DNA of 64,000 nucleotides from an uncultured Methanoregulaceae archaeon (lineage in GTDB: Archaea > Halobacteriota > Methanomicrobia > Methanomicrobiales > Methanospirillaceae), in contig OY970061.1 of assembly GCA_963705255.1 (NCBI GenBank), forward strand, positions 672,001 to 736,000, read 5' to 3'. Made by a program: the position numbers and the translations under genes. A model generated the notes under the pieces. That model was not told the DNA's origin, did no database searches, and worked only from the letters and a program-made list of their open reading frames with translations. How positions within the stretch are numbered: the first letter of the stretch is position 1; every line of letters begins with the position of its first letter. Shown piece by piece: positions 53,294-63,739 of the stretch.

Positions 53294-55953
53294 ATGGTAC
53301 CTGAACCACAGGAGCAGGACGAAAAACTCACGCCGGTCATGCGGCAGTACCGGGAGCTCAAGGCACAATACCCGGACACCGTGCTCCTCTTCCGGATAGG
53401 GGACTTCTACGAGACCTTCGAGGCTGACGCGGAGCTCATCTCGCGGGAGCTGGAGATCGTGCTCACCTCGCGGTCGAAGAGCGGGGACAACCGCGTTCCC
53501 CTCGCAGGTGTCCCGTACCACGCGGTGGACGGTTACATCGCGAAACTTATCGGCAAAGGCTACAAGGTGGCGGTCTGCGACCAGGTCGAAGACCCGAAGA
53601 CCGCGAAGGGGATCGTGAAACGCGGGATCACCCGGGTCATCACCCCTGGCACCGTGATCGACTCTTCGATGGTCCCCTCGTCAGCGGCATCCTACCTCAT
53701 GGCCCTCTGCCCGGACAAGAAGCGCAGCGAGTGGGGCATCGCTCTGCTCGACATCTCTACCGGGGAATTTTTTGTCACGGTTACCGGGCATGACAGCAGT
53801 TTCCAGAACGTGATCTCCGAGATCGCCCGGTACCGCCCGGCGGAATGCATCGTCCCGGCGGGGGTGAGCGGTGAACTGAGGCAGCGCATAGCGGACCAGG
53901 GCGTGGTCGTCACCCCGTTCCGGGACGAAGTCTTCGGGAACGATACCGCATTCCGCACCCTCACCGCCCACTTCCGCGTCGCATCGCTCGGCGGGTACGG
54001 GTGCGGGGAGAACGAAGCGGCGACCGGTGCAGCCGGTGCGGCCCTCGCGTATGCAAAAGAGACGCAATATTCGGAGCTCGGCCATATCAGCAGCCTTAGC
54101 CTGCGCACCTCCTCGCAGAGCATGATGCTCGACGCGATCACCCTGCGCAACCTCGAAGTCAGGGAGAGCATCCGCGGCGGTGCCCGGGGGGCAACCCTCC
54201 TCTCCTCCCTCGACCTGACCAAAACCCCGATGGGGAGCCGGCTCCTGAACCGGCACCTCACTCGCCCGCTGACGGATACCGGGGAGATCAACAGGCGGCT
54301 GGATGCCGTGGAATTCCTCGCCGCCCACACGGTGCTCCGCCTCGAGCTCCGCTCACAGCTCGCACGCTGCGCGGATATCGAGCGGATCGCGGCCCGGATA
54401 GCCTACGGGAACGCCGGGCCGCGCGATCTCCTTGCACTTGCCGGTTCGCTCTCGGCACTGCCGGAGCTGAAGAGGACGGCGGGTGACGCCGGGGGCGACA
54501 CCATCCCGGACGTGATCCGGACGGCAATTGCGGACATCCGGGATCTCCCGGAGACCATCGATCTCATACGGAAGGCCATCGGAGACGACCCCCCGGCAGT
54601 CGCCCGGAACGGCGGGGTGATCCGTACCGGGTACTCCACTGAACTCGACGGGATACGCGGGGTGCTGCACTCGGGGAAGGGATGGATCGCCGCGCTCCAG
54701 GAGAAAGAGCGGGAGCGGACCGGCATCAGGTCCCTCAAGATCGGGTACAACCGGATCTTCGGGTACTACATCGATGTGACGAAACCGAACCTGCACCTCG
54801 TCCCGCCCCACTACGAGCGGAGGCAGACGACCGCAACCGGTGAGCGGTATACCCTTCCCGAACTGAAGGAGAAGGAGTCGGTCATCACGAGCGCGGACGA
54901 ACGGGTGCTTGCGCTCGAACGCGATCTCTATACCGGGCTTATCGCTCTCCTCCGGAACATAATCCCCGATCTCCAGGCAACGGCACGGGGGATCGCGGTG
55001 CTGGACGTTTCCGCAAGCCTCGCGGAAGCGGCAAAGACCCGGGATTTCGTACGCCCGCAGCTGAACGACGGGGATGCCATCGTTATCCGCGACGGGAGGC
55101 ACCCGGTGGTGGAGCAGGGAGTCAGAGGGGGGTTCGTGCCCAACGACACCGAGCTCTCCGGGAGCAGGACCCAGATCATGATCATCACCGGCGCAAACAT
55201 GGCGGGGAAATCCACGTACATGCGTGCGACCGCACTCATCTGCATCATGGCACAGGCAGGCAGTTTTGTCCCCGCACGGCACGCGGCCATCGGGGTCATT
55301 GACCGGATCTTCACCCGGGTCGGGGCATTCGACGACCTCGCAAGCGGGCAGAGCACATTCTTCGTCGAGATGCTCGAACTGGCAAACATCCTCAACAATG
55401 TGACACCCAGGAGCCTTGTCATCCTGGATGAGATCGGGAGGGGGACGAGCACCGCGGACGGGTCTTCGATTGCAAGGGCCGTACTTGAGTTCCTTCACGG
55501 GAAAACCCGGCCGGGCCAAAGACGCTCTTTGCCACGCACTTCCACGAGCTGGTCGCCATGGAAGATACCCTCAGGCGGGTGAAAAACTACCACTTCGCGG
55601 TGCAGGAGACGAACAACGAGGTGATCTTCCTCCGCAGACTCATCCCGGGAGCGACCGACAAGAGCTATGGTATCCACGTGGCCCGGCTCGCCGGTATCCC
55701 GAAGAAGGTGACCGAACGGGCAGAAGCCCTCCTCAGCGAGAGCATGAACCGGGCCGTTCCTGCCGGCACCCGGCCTCAGCGGTATACCCAGATCCTGCTC
55801 GCCGATGACAGTGGGACGGATAAGATCCCTGCCCCCAACCCGGTTCTCGAAGAGCTCGCCAGGATAAAACCGGACGAGATGACGCCCCTGCAGGCCCTTG
55901 CAAAGATCGCAGAACTGCAGCGGTCGCTTGACAACAGCGGAGGCACACCATGA
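53294..55953 (+). CDS. mutS: DNA mismatch repair protein MutS; frameshift near 55510
   Basis: TPVMRQY, GDFYE, ITGANMAGKSTYMR, STFFVEM, LDEIGRGT; ATHFHEL and KSYGIHVA in the next frame. Confidence 0.96.
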
Positions 55954-57725
55954 GCAGCCCCCCGATCCGTATCCTGGATCCTGCCACCGTCAACCAGATC
56001 GCGGCCGGTGAAGTGGTGGAACGTCCTGCGTCCGTAGTGAAGGAGCTGGTGGAGAACGCGATCGATTCGGGCGCCCGGTCGATCAGGATCGAGCTCGCAT
56101 CCAACGGCGCATTGAACAGCATCAGGGTAACCGATGACGGGAGCGGGATGTCGGATGAGGATGCCCTGCTCGCATTCACCCCGCACGCGACGAGCAAGAT
56201 CGCGACGATCGATGACCTTCACCATATCCGCACGCTCGGCTTCCGGGGCGAGGCACTGGCAAGTATCGCTGCCGTCTCGCGCGTGACCCTCGTGACCAGA
56301 ACGGATGACGGGGCTGCCGGGACAAAGATCGTTATCGAGGGCGGAGAGATACAAGAGCATGCTGTCACCGGTGCACCGGCAGGCACCAGCGTGCTCGTCG
56401 GGGATCTCTTCTTCAACACCCCGGCACGGAAAAAGTTCCAGAAGAGCAGAAATACCGAGCTCGCCCATATCCACGCGATCATGGAAGGGATCTGCCTCGC
56501 TCACCCGGACATATCGTTCCGGCTCTTCCATAACCGCAACGAACAGCTGGTGACCGACAGCACGCCGGATATCCTTGACACGATTGCGCGCATCTACGGG
56601 GGCGATGCTGCCCGCGGACTGGTTCCCGTCAGTTTCTCACTGCCATTTATGACCGTCTCCGGTTATATCTCGCCCCCGTCACGCTCGCGCAAGGACAGTG
56701 CCCGGATGCTTGTCGCCATCAACCAGCGCTACATCTCTTCACCCCTCATCAACAACGCGATCCGGGAAGGCTACGGGACCCTGCTGCCGAAGGACCGGCT
56801 CCCGGTCACCTTCCTCAGGCTTGAGATCGATACCGGACTGGTAGACGTGAACGTACACCCGACGAAGAAGCTGGTGCGGCTCACCCGGGAGAAGGAGATC
56901 GGCGACGCGATCAAAGAAGCGGTGAGAACGGCCCTGCTGACCCATGATCTCATTCCTGCAGCAGAGGCCCCGCCGTTCGTGGGTCAATCACTCACGGCTG
57001 GACCAGCGGATCTCCCCGCCCCGGTTTATCACTATGCCGGTTCAGCCCCATCTGGTGTGAGCGAGACAAGTCACCCGGGTACTTCGGCAACCGACCGGCA
57101 ACTCCGGCAGACCGAGCTTGTCGCTGGCATCTCCCCCGTCATCCCGCTCCTTCCGGCAATGGAGGTTATCGGTGAATTTGGCGGCATCTACATCCTCGTG
57201 CGGATAGCTGGTGATGAACTCATCGTGATCGACCAGCATGCAGCCCACGAACGGATCCTGTACGAGCAGGTGACTGCCAGGCTCGTGGGCGAGCGCCGTT
57301 CGCAGGAGCTCATCGAACCGGTCGTCCTCTACCCGACGCACAGGGATGCTGCGATCATCCGCGACCTGCTCGCAGAACTCGCGCAGGAAGGGTTTGTTCT
57401 CGAGGACTTCGGCAGGGACTCCTTTCTTGTCCGTGCCGTCCCGGTCGTGCTCGGGCGGCTTGAGGAGACCGGGGTTATCGACGATATCATCAGCGATCTG
57501 GTGACCGGCGACCCGGCCCGGTCTGTCAGCAACCGCGAACGGATCACCCGCATCATCGCCTGCCGCGGCGCGATCAAGGCGGGCACGGTCTGCACGCAGG
57601 AGCAGTGCCAGCGCATAGTGAACCAGCTCCGGCTCACGAAAAACCCGTTCACCTGCCCGCATGGCCGCCCGACCATGATACGGTTTACCCGGGAAGATCT
57701 CGACGCGATGTTTAAACGAACCTGA
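55950..57725 (+). CDS. mutL: DNA mismatch repair endonuclease MutL
   Basis: NQIAAGEVVERP, KELVENAID, GFRGEAL, DQHAAHERILYE, CPHGRP. Confidence 0.97.
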   Translation: MSSPPIRILDPATVNQIAAGEVVERPASVVKELVENAIDSGARSIRIELASNGALNSIRVTDDGSGMSDEDALLAFTPHATSKIATIDDLHHIRTLGFRGEALASIAAVSRVTLVTRTDDGAAGTKIVIEGGEIQEHAVTGAPAGTSVLVGDLFFNTPARKKFQKSRNTELAHIHAIMEGICLAHPDISFRLFHNRNEQLVTDSTPDILDTIARIYGGDAARGLVPVSFSLPFMTVSGYISPPSRSRKDSARMLVAINQRYISSPLINNAIREGYGTLLPKDRLPVTFLRLEIDTGLVDVNVHPTKKLVRLTREKEIGDAIKEAVRTALLTHDLIPAAEAPPFVGQSLTAGPADLPAPVYHYAGSAPSGVSETSHPGTSATDRQLRQTELVAGISPVIPLLPAMEVIGEFGGIYILVRIAGDELIVIDQHAAHERILYEQVTARLVGERRSQELIEPVVLYPTHRDAAIIRDLLAELAQEGFVLEDFGRDSFLVRAVPVVLGRLEETGVIDDIISDLVTGDPARSVSNRERITRIIACRGAIKAGTVCTQEQCQRIVNQLRLTKNPFTCPHGRPTMIRFTREDLDAMFKRT

Positions 57726-57772
57726 TGGTTCGTTATAAACTCCTCCGGATGTTCAAACGAACCTGATGGTTC
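57707..57772 (+). repeat. 25-bp direct repeat duplicating the mutL 3' end
   Basis: GATGTTTAAACGAACCTGATGGTTC (57707-57731) and GATGTTCAAACGAACCTGATGGTTC (57748-57772). Confidence 0.9.
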
Positions 57773-57797
57773 ATCAGCTGTTTTTCATTTTGGTTAT

Positions 57798-57911
57798 GAT
57801 GAACGCCGCCGCCCCCGGCGGGGCGCTCCCGCGGCGGGCCAATTACCTAAAATTCCAAAAAAAGTTCTTGCTCCGCCGTGCCCCAGAGGGGCCCTGAGGC
57901 GGGGAACCCTC
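57798..57911 (+). repeat. Dispersed two-hairpin GC-rich repeat, copy B
   Basis: Near-identical to 44396-44511. Confidence 0.9.
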
Positions 57912-58049
57912 CCGAATATCGGTCCTTTCATCAATTTCGTTTAACTTCAAACGCAGTTTGTCCGATTCACGAATAGAAGTGGAATAAAAAACTCATTTTG
58001 TTACTACCTGAACTGTTATGACACCGACAGTGAAAACATAAGCACGAAC

Positions 58050-58955
58050 ATGCACCGTGCCTCCACAAATACTCCGGTTACCGGTTGTCGGACAAGACCA
58101 GATTCGGTTGAATCCCCGCATGCCGGGAATGAGAGTACTATCCCCAGTATCCCGGAGTTCCAGCGCATCGTCCTCTCGCACTATGAGCAGTACGGCCGTA
58201 CGATGCCATGGCGGAGCACCCCCGATCCGTACGCTGTTTTTGTTTCAGAGATCATGCTCCAGCAGACGCAGGTCGAACGGGTCATGGAGAAGTTCCCGGC
58301 ACTCATCTCCGCCTGTCCTGACTTCGCCTCCCTTGCCGCTGCATCGATCCCGGACGTGCTTGCCGCCTGGCAGGGACTGGGGTATAACCGGCGGGCCCTG
58401 GCACTTCGGGCCTGTGCGGAAATTGTCACGAGCCGGTATGGGGGTGTCCTTCCGGCCGATCCCGGCATTCTATCCGGCTTCCCCGGTATCGGCCACGCAA
58501 CCGCCTCGTCCATCTGCGCGTTCGCATTCAACATGCCGGTCGTCTTCATCGAGACCAATATCCGGCGGGTCTTCATCCATTATTTCTTTCCGGGAGACGG
58601 CGTGGTCAGCGACAGCGAGATCCTTCCCCTCGTCGAACAGGCCCTTTACCGGGAGAACCCCCGTGTCTGGTACTGGGCGCTGATGGACCTCGGCACATCC
58701 CTTAAAAAGAGCGTGCCCAACCCGAACCGCCGCAGCAGGCACTATGCCCGGCAGTCCGCATTCGAGGGGTCGGACCGGCAGGTCCGGGGGATGGTGCTCA
58801 GGCTGCTGCTCGCCAGGGGGGAGATGGCCCGGGACGAGATTGCCGGGAACTGTTCCGCTGATAAAGAGCGGGTCCTGAAGGTCCTCGCCGGGCTCGAACG
58901 GGAAGGGTTCATCCGGAGAACTGGAGAGATACTGGCCCTTTCCAGCGGAACCTGA
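58050..58955 (+). CDS. mutY: HhH-GPD glycosylase, MutY-like, lacking Fe-S cysteines
   Basis: MPWR..DPY.VFVSEIMLQQTQV, WQGLGYNRRA, FPGIGHATA. Confidence 0.8.
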   Translation: MHRASTNTPVTGCRTRPDSVESPHAGNESTIPSIPEFQRIVLSHYEQYGRTMPWRSTPDPYAVFVSEIMLQQTQVERVMEKFPALISACPDFASLAAASIPDVLAAWQGLGYNRRALALRACAEIVTSRYGGVLPADPGILSGFPGIGHATASSICAFAFNMPVVFIETNIRRVFIHYFFPGDGVVSDSEILPLVEQALYRENPRVWYWALMDLGTSLKKSVPNPNRRSRHYARQSAFEGSDRQVRGMVLRLLLARGEMARDEIAGNCSADKERVLKVLAGLEREGFIRRTGEILALSSGT

Positions 58956-59102
58956 CCTTATCCATCGGAACGGGTTGAAGCGGCTATGCCCGCTTGAACG
59001 CTTCCTTTTTCCAGGCAGGCGGCCCGGCTCCAGCGGGTACCAACCAAGATTTGATATGAGGGTATCCACCATACATCGATCAGCAGAACGGGTGACGAGG
59101 AC

Positions 59103-59627
59103 ATGACGGACACCGGTCAGATCCCCGACGAGGTAAAATGGCGCATCGCAGCGGACTTTGCCGCACGGCTCCCGGCACTCTACGAGCAGGCGTTCCGGAG
59201 CGTGGTCGGTGAACGCTACGACGAGATCGAGCAGGAAGTCTGGATGGAACTTTCGCGCACCGCGTTTACCATCGCCCACAACCTCGCTCTGCCGGTTGGT
59301 AACGCCCGGGAACTCGCGGATTCCCTGCGGGTCGTCATGAACATCCTGTTCGGGCCGGAGTTCAGGGGCGAGACGCTGGAAGTCTCGAAGGACGGGGCAG
59401 TCATCCTCGTGAAGCGGTGCCCCTTCCTCTCCCAGGAATACGATTCCGGCAGCAGCGGCGAACAGGTATTCCACCGCTGCATGGCATTCGTCCTGATGAG
59501 CACCCCCGGCCTGAACAAAAAATATTCAGCCCGGTACGTGCGCACGATGTGCACGGGTGACCGCCAGTGCGAGATCAAGATAGCGGAGGGAGAACCGGAC
59601 GCAGCAGGTGCGAAGAAAAAGGGATAA
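59103..59627 (+). CDS. Hypothetical V4R/methanogen-output-domain-like ligand-binding protein
   Basis: KRCPF, HRC, MCTGDRQCE Cys pattern. Confidence 0.55.
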   Translation: MTDTGQIPDEVKWRIAADFAARLPALYEQAFRSVVGERYDEIEQEVWMELSRTAFTIAHNLALPVGNARELADSLRVVMNILFGPEFRGETLEVSKDGAVILVKRCPFLSQEYDSGSSGEQVFHRCMAFVLMSTPGLNKKYSARYVRTMCTGDRQCEIKIAEGEPDAAGAKKKG

Positions 59628-59646
59628 GGGAGCAGAGGGGGGCCGG

Positions 59647-59823
59647 TTATTTCAGGTAATACCCGACGACCACCAGAACCAATCCAAGGTAGAACATGAG
59701 ACTGAAATACTGGGAAATCCCCGGAAAAACGGTATCAAAGTTTTTCAAATACGGTATAAACAGCATGATCAGACCAACGATAAATACCACGATACTCATT
59801 TGCGTTTTTGTTGCCTTGTCCAT
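59647..59823 (-). CDS. Small 2-TM membrane protein (58 aa)
   Basis: Hand translation MDKATKTQMSIVVFIVGLIMLFIPYLKNFDTVFPGISQYFSLMFYLGLVLVVVGYYLK. Confidence 0.6.
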   Translation of the reverse strand: MDKATKTQMSIVVFIVGLIMLFIPYLKNFDTVFPGISQYFSLMFYLGLVLVVVGYYLK

Positions 59824-59907
59824 GGAAACAAACCTTCTTTCATGAATTATCAGGTTCCGGACTAAAAAAGGTGCGCTGCCGCCCTGCAGTCCGGTACGGC
59901 ACCGGGG

Positions 59908-60489
59908 TCAGAAATTCCCGATGAAGAGCGAGTAAAGGGCAGCGGACGGTTCGGGCGGGGACTCAATAGTCTTTACAAGGATCTTCTCCTCGGGATACCC
60001 GAGGTTCTCGCAGAGGGCGACCTGGATGGGGGGGGAAAGTGCTGCAAGCCGGGAATAGAGCTCCCTGACATTGAACTTCGGGTCGGCAAGGAGAAAGACT
60101 ATCTTTCCCCGCTTCACCTCGTCCACGGTCTCGGCCATGCCTTTCTCGTGACCCCTTCCATGGGCGACGACGACAGAGACGCGCGAGAGGGGGATATGGA
60201 GCCGGGCGGACGCGACCTGGAGGGACGAGATGCCCGGGATTACCTCCCCGGAGAGGTACCCGAGCCCGGCGAGCATGGGGTCCCCGGTCGAAAGGAGGAC
60301 AGCGTCGGTATGGAGTTTGCCGAGGTTCTTGTAATCATCGATCGACCTGATCATGCACCCCTCGGGCAGGTATGCCCGGGCGAGCCCGATTGCCCGCTCG
60401 GAGCCGAATACCGTCCGCGCCCTCCTGAGTTCCTTGATCGCCTGCTCGGTGAGCATCCCCGGGCCGCAACCGACACCGATAATCTTCAT
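59908..60489 (-). CDS. cbiE: Cobalt-precorrin-7 C5-methyltransferase
   Basis: IIGVGCGPG, LSTGDPMLAGLG, IPGISSLQ, HGR, ENLGYPEE; cbi operon context. Confidence 0.88.
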   Translation of the reverse strand: MKIIGVGCGPGMLTEQAIKELRRARTVFGSERAIGLARAYLPEGCMIRSIDDYKNLGKLHTDAVLLSTGDPMLAGLGYLSGEVIPGISSLQVASARLHIPLSRVSVVVAHGRGHEKGMAETVDEVKRGKIVFLLADPKFNVRELYSRLAALSPPIQVALCENLGYPEEKILVKTIESPPEPSAALYSLFIGNF

Positions 60490-61490
60490 GGACTCTCCCC
60501 GATAACCGTACCGTTCCGGTCCACCAGTATGACCCTGACATCGGGACGGAGCCGCCGGAAGTCCGTAAGGGTCTTTTCAACGATCGCTGCAAAGCCCGGG
60601 GTTGCCGAGAGTTCCTCCACGGTCGCTGCACCGGTCCCGTCAAGGATCCCGGGACTGATATACCGGAGGATGAGGGCCGGGAGGCCGCAGAGGACGACCT
60701 TTCCGCGTGACGCCGCAAGCGCCTCGCCGATCTTCCCGCCAATGAGGATCACGTCCCGGTCCGGGAAGAGGAGGCGTGCATAGCGCAGCCCGACCCGCCC
60801 GGTGGTCAGCACGGGACGGTCTGCTGCTGCAACCCGTTCGGCCATTGACTCGGTCAAATGGTCGTCCCAGGGTTCGACGAGCCCGGTGGTCCCGAGAACC
60901 GAGATCCCGCCTTCCACGCCGACACGCGGGTTCAGTGTCTGCTGCCCGACCTCCCGCCCTTCCGGAATATGAAGGGTCACCCGGACTCCGGGAAGCCCGG
61001 TGATATCGAGTGCTTCCCGGATCGAAGAGTGCAGGCATTCGAGCGCCGGCGGGCTCACGGCGGGGGCCCCCTTTTTGTACCGGGGGGTATCCCGCGAGAA
61101 CCTGCCGACCCCCTCGCCGAATACGAGATGGACCCCGTGGGAATACGGGACTGCTTCGGCAACGAATTCTATCCCTGCAGTAACATCCGAAGGGTAATCC
61201 CCGCCGAATTTCCTGCCGGATGCCCGCCCGCCGTTTGCGTCTACCGGAACTTCGAGAACAAGACCGCACGGGATCCGGACCGGGACTGATTTCACGTCCC
61301 CCGACAGGGAAAGAACCGCGGCCTTGGACACGGCAGCAGCGGTCGTGCCGGTCGTAAAACCCCGTACCAGCACGGTGCCGGACGAGGTCAGGACGGCGAG
61401 GCCCTGTTTCACCAGCGTCAGCTTGTCGGGTGACCGGCACTTCCCCACCCATGCCTCCGGGTATTCAAAGCCGCTGACCGGGTCCAGCAT
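60486..61490 (-). CDS. cbiD: Cobalt-precorrin-5B C1-methyltransferase
   Basis: RGFTTGTTAAA, DVT, GEGVG, TLNPRVGVEGGISVLGTTG. Confidence 0.93.
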   Translation of the reverse strand: MLDPVSGFEYPEAWVGKCRSPDKLTLVKQGLAVLTSSGTVLVRGFTTGTTAAAVSKAAVLSLSGDVKSVPVRIPCGLVLEVPVDANGGRASGRKFGGDYPSDVTAGIEFVAEAVPYSHGVHLVFGEGVGRFSRDTPRYKKGAPAVSPPALECLHSSIREALDITGLPGVRVTLHIPEGREVGQQTLNPRVGVEGGISVLGTTGLVEPWDDHLTESMAERVAAADRPVLTTGRVGLRYARLLFPDRDVILIGGKIGEALAASRGKVVLCGLPALILRYISPGILDGTGAATVEELSATPGFAAIVEKTLTDFRRLRPDVRVILVDRNGTVIGESP

Positions 61491-62151
61491 CTCCGTTACC
61501 CTCGATGAAGATGGTGATGCACTCGTTGATCGCTGCGACGGCAACCGGCGTGCCCCCCCGCGTCCCCTCGGTAGAGATGGACGGGATATCGATAGTGCGG
61601 AGGAGTTCCTTGGACTCGGCCGCGTTGACAAAACCTACCGGAGTACCTATGACCACCGCCGGCCTGACGCCTTCCCGGATCATCGCGCAGAGCGTGATGA
61701 GGGCCGAAGGCGCATTGCCGATGACGACAATCGAACCTTCCAGCTGTTCACGGAGAGCGATAACCCCGGCCGAGCTCCGGGTGATTCCCCGTTCCGACGC
61801 GATCTCTGCCCCGGAGTCCAGGGCGCAGAGTACGGGGCAGGCGTGCCCCTTCTTCTGGATGCCCGCCTGGACCATCCGGATATCGGTGATGATCGGTGCA
61901 CTGCGCCGGAGTGCCCCGAGCGCTGCAGGGACCGGGTCGTACCGGAACCGCATCAGCTCCGCCATGCCGAAATCGCCCACTGCCACGGAACACCGCTGCT
62001 TCACGCGGTCCTCGTCAGTCGTATTGCCGATAACTCCCCGTGCAAGAGTACGTGACTTTTTTGAGATCTCGTACGCTTCCTTCGTCTCTGCGCCGGGATC
62101 AATATACGTATTTGCGGTGGTATCCCCGTGGCGTGATAATTCCTTTGACAT
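61465..62151 (-). CDS. cbiC: Cobalt-precorrin-8 methylmutase
   Basis: TDIRMV, GITRS, VIGNAPSAL, GTPVGFVNAAESKE, GTRGGT. Confidence 0.93.
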   Translation of the reverse strand: MSKELSRHGDTTANTYIDPGAETKEAYEISKKSRTLARGVIGNTTDEDRVKQRCSVAVGDFGMAELMRFRYDPVPAALGALRRSAPIITDIRMVQAGIQKKGHACPVLCALDSGAEIASERGITRSSAGVIALREQLEGSIVVIGNAPSALITLCAMIREGVRPAVVIGTPVGFVNAAESKELLRTIDIPSISTEGTRGGTPVAVAAINECITIFIEGNGDAGPGQRL

Positions 62152-62883
62152 TCTCTCCCATCCTCCAGATCCTGCTCTCGCTCCCCCCGATGATGACGGT
62201 GCTGTGCATATCAACGGTCTCCTCACACTCCTCTATCTCCCCGAGGGTGGTGACGATGGTCTTCTCGCCGTCCCGGAGCGCATTTTTGACGATCGCTACG
62301 GGCGTCGCGGGAGCGAGGTATTTCCGGGCATGACTGACCGCGAGTGCGAAGTTGTGCGGCCGCCCCGGCTCTTCGGGTTATAGAGCACTACCGGGATGCC
62401 GACGGAAAAGACCGCGTCGAGCCTCTGCTCGATCACCTCCAGCGGCGTGAGGAGGTCCGACAGGCTGATAACGGCAAAATCCCCCGAGAGCGGAGACCCG
62501 ACCCGGGACGCTGCGGCATTCGCCGCCGTCACCCCGGGAATGACCTCGACATCGACTGCCGCACCGCTGTTCTCAAGCACCTCGAGCACGATGCTCGCCA
62601 TGCCATAGACCCCGGCATCGCCCCCGGAGACGATGGCAACAGCATGGGAGCGGGCGAGATCAATGGCCTGCTGTGCCCGTTCCACCTCCCTGCCCATCGA
62701 GCTCCGGATCACGTTCTTGCCTGCCAGCAGCGGCCCGAGCGGCTCCAGGTACAAGGCATTGCCGATCACGTACTCGGCGGCGGCAATCGCCTTGAGGGCC
62801 CTCATGGTCATATATTCCCGCCGTCCCGGGCCAAGCCCGACGATGGTGAGGCCGCCCCGGGGTTCTTCAGCGTGCGATGGCAA
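62099..62883 (-). CDS. cbiH: Cobalt-precorrin-3B C17-methyltransferase; frameshift near 62365
   Basis: VGLGPG, SGGDAGVYGMA, GDFAVISLSDLLTP, LYNPKS; C-terminal VDMHSTVIIG..ITPRGY in another frame. Confidence 0.9.
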
Positions 62884-63739
62884 CCGTAACTCTCCCGTAT
62901 ACGTTCTTTCCCATGACGAGTTCCTTCTTCCGTGCAACGGCCAGTGCGCAGGGTTCGGCCACACCCTGCAGCCCGATCCGCGTGGCCCGGGATTTCGAGA
63001 CCCCCCGCTGTGCGTTTATTGTTTCATCGTCAAGGAATATTAAATTGCCAGAGAGGGCCGAGATCCCTTCCGCAAGACCCGTCTCGCCCAGCTTCTTTTC
63101 CGTGGTGGCAAAGACAAGCACCTCGGTTTTGGATATCCCCGAATCCGAAAGGGCTGCCCGGACCGCGTCCACCACTTCCCCGGACGTTATGCCTTTCCGG
63201 CACCCGATGCCCACCGTGTATTCGCCTTTCCTCAGAAGGACAGACACACCGGGAGCGGCGATGACAATCCCGGGCCCGCCGACGGCATGGACCGGGACGT
63301 CGACATCCAGCAGGGCCGCGTTCACCGCCCGGGTCGAGTCCCGGTTGAGGACGGAGAACCCGCCCCGCTCCGCGATCCCTTCGACAGAATCGCGCCCGGT
63401 CGCCTCGGTAGCCGTTGTGATCACCGGGCAGAGCCCGAGCCCGGACAATTCCCTTGCAAGGCTGTTCGCGCCGTGGTGGCCCCCCAGCAAAGGTACCGCA
63501 TACCGCATATCCGGGCTGACGATGACAATGGCCGGGTCGTTCCACTTGTCCGTGAGGAGCGGGGCGATCCTGCGCACGACGATTCCCATGGACATGACCG
63601 CAACGATCCGCCTGGCCTCCGGGAACAGTTCAGGAAAAATCTCCGGGGTATAGTCCCGCACTTCCGCGCCGAGGAATACACCGATCCGTTCTGCTTCCTT
63701 CCGGAATCGGGGGAGTGCGATGACCACGGTGTCAGTCAT
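62867..63739 (-). CDS. cbiG: Cobalt-precorrin-5A hydrolase
   Basis: GIVVRRIAP..DKWNDPA, LLGGHHGAN, VITTAT, GIGCRKG, GVAEPCA. Confidence 0.93.
   Translation of the reverse strand: MTDTVVIALPRFRKEAERIGVFLGAEVRDYTPEIFPELFPEARRIVAVMSMGIVVRRIAPLLTDKWNDPAIVIVSPDMRYAVPLLGGHHGANSLARELSGLGLCPVITTATEATGRDSVEGIAERGGFSVLNRDSTRAVNAALLDVDVPVHAVGGPGIVIAAPGVSVLLRKGEYTVGIGCRKGITSGEVVDAVRAALSDSGISKTEVLVFATTEKKLGETGLAEGISALSGNLIFLDDETINAQRGVSKSRATRIGLQGVAEPCALAVARKKELVMGKNVYGRVTVAIAR

Noticed and set aside
31773-57725. Dam-directed (MutH-type) mismatch repair
   Set aside because: MutL carries its own endonuclease motifs (DQHAAHERILYE, CPHGRP) and no mutH is present in the window.
57707-57772. Mini-CRISPR
   Set aside because: Only two repeats, a 16-bp spacer, and the first repeat is mutL coding sequence.
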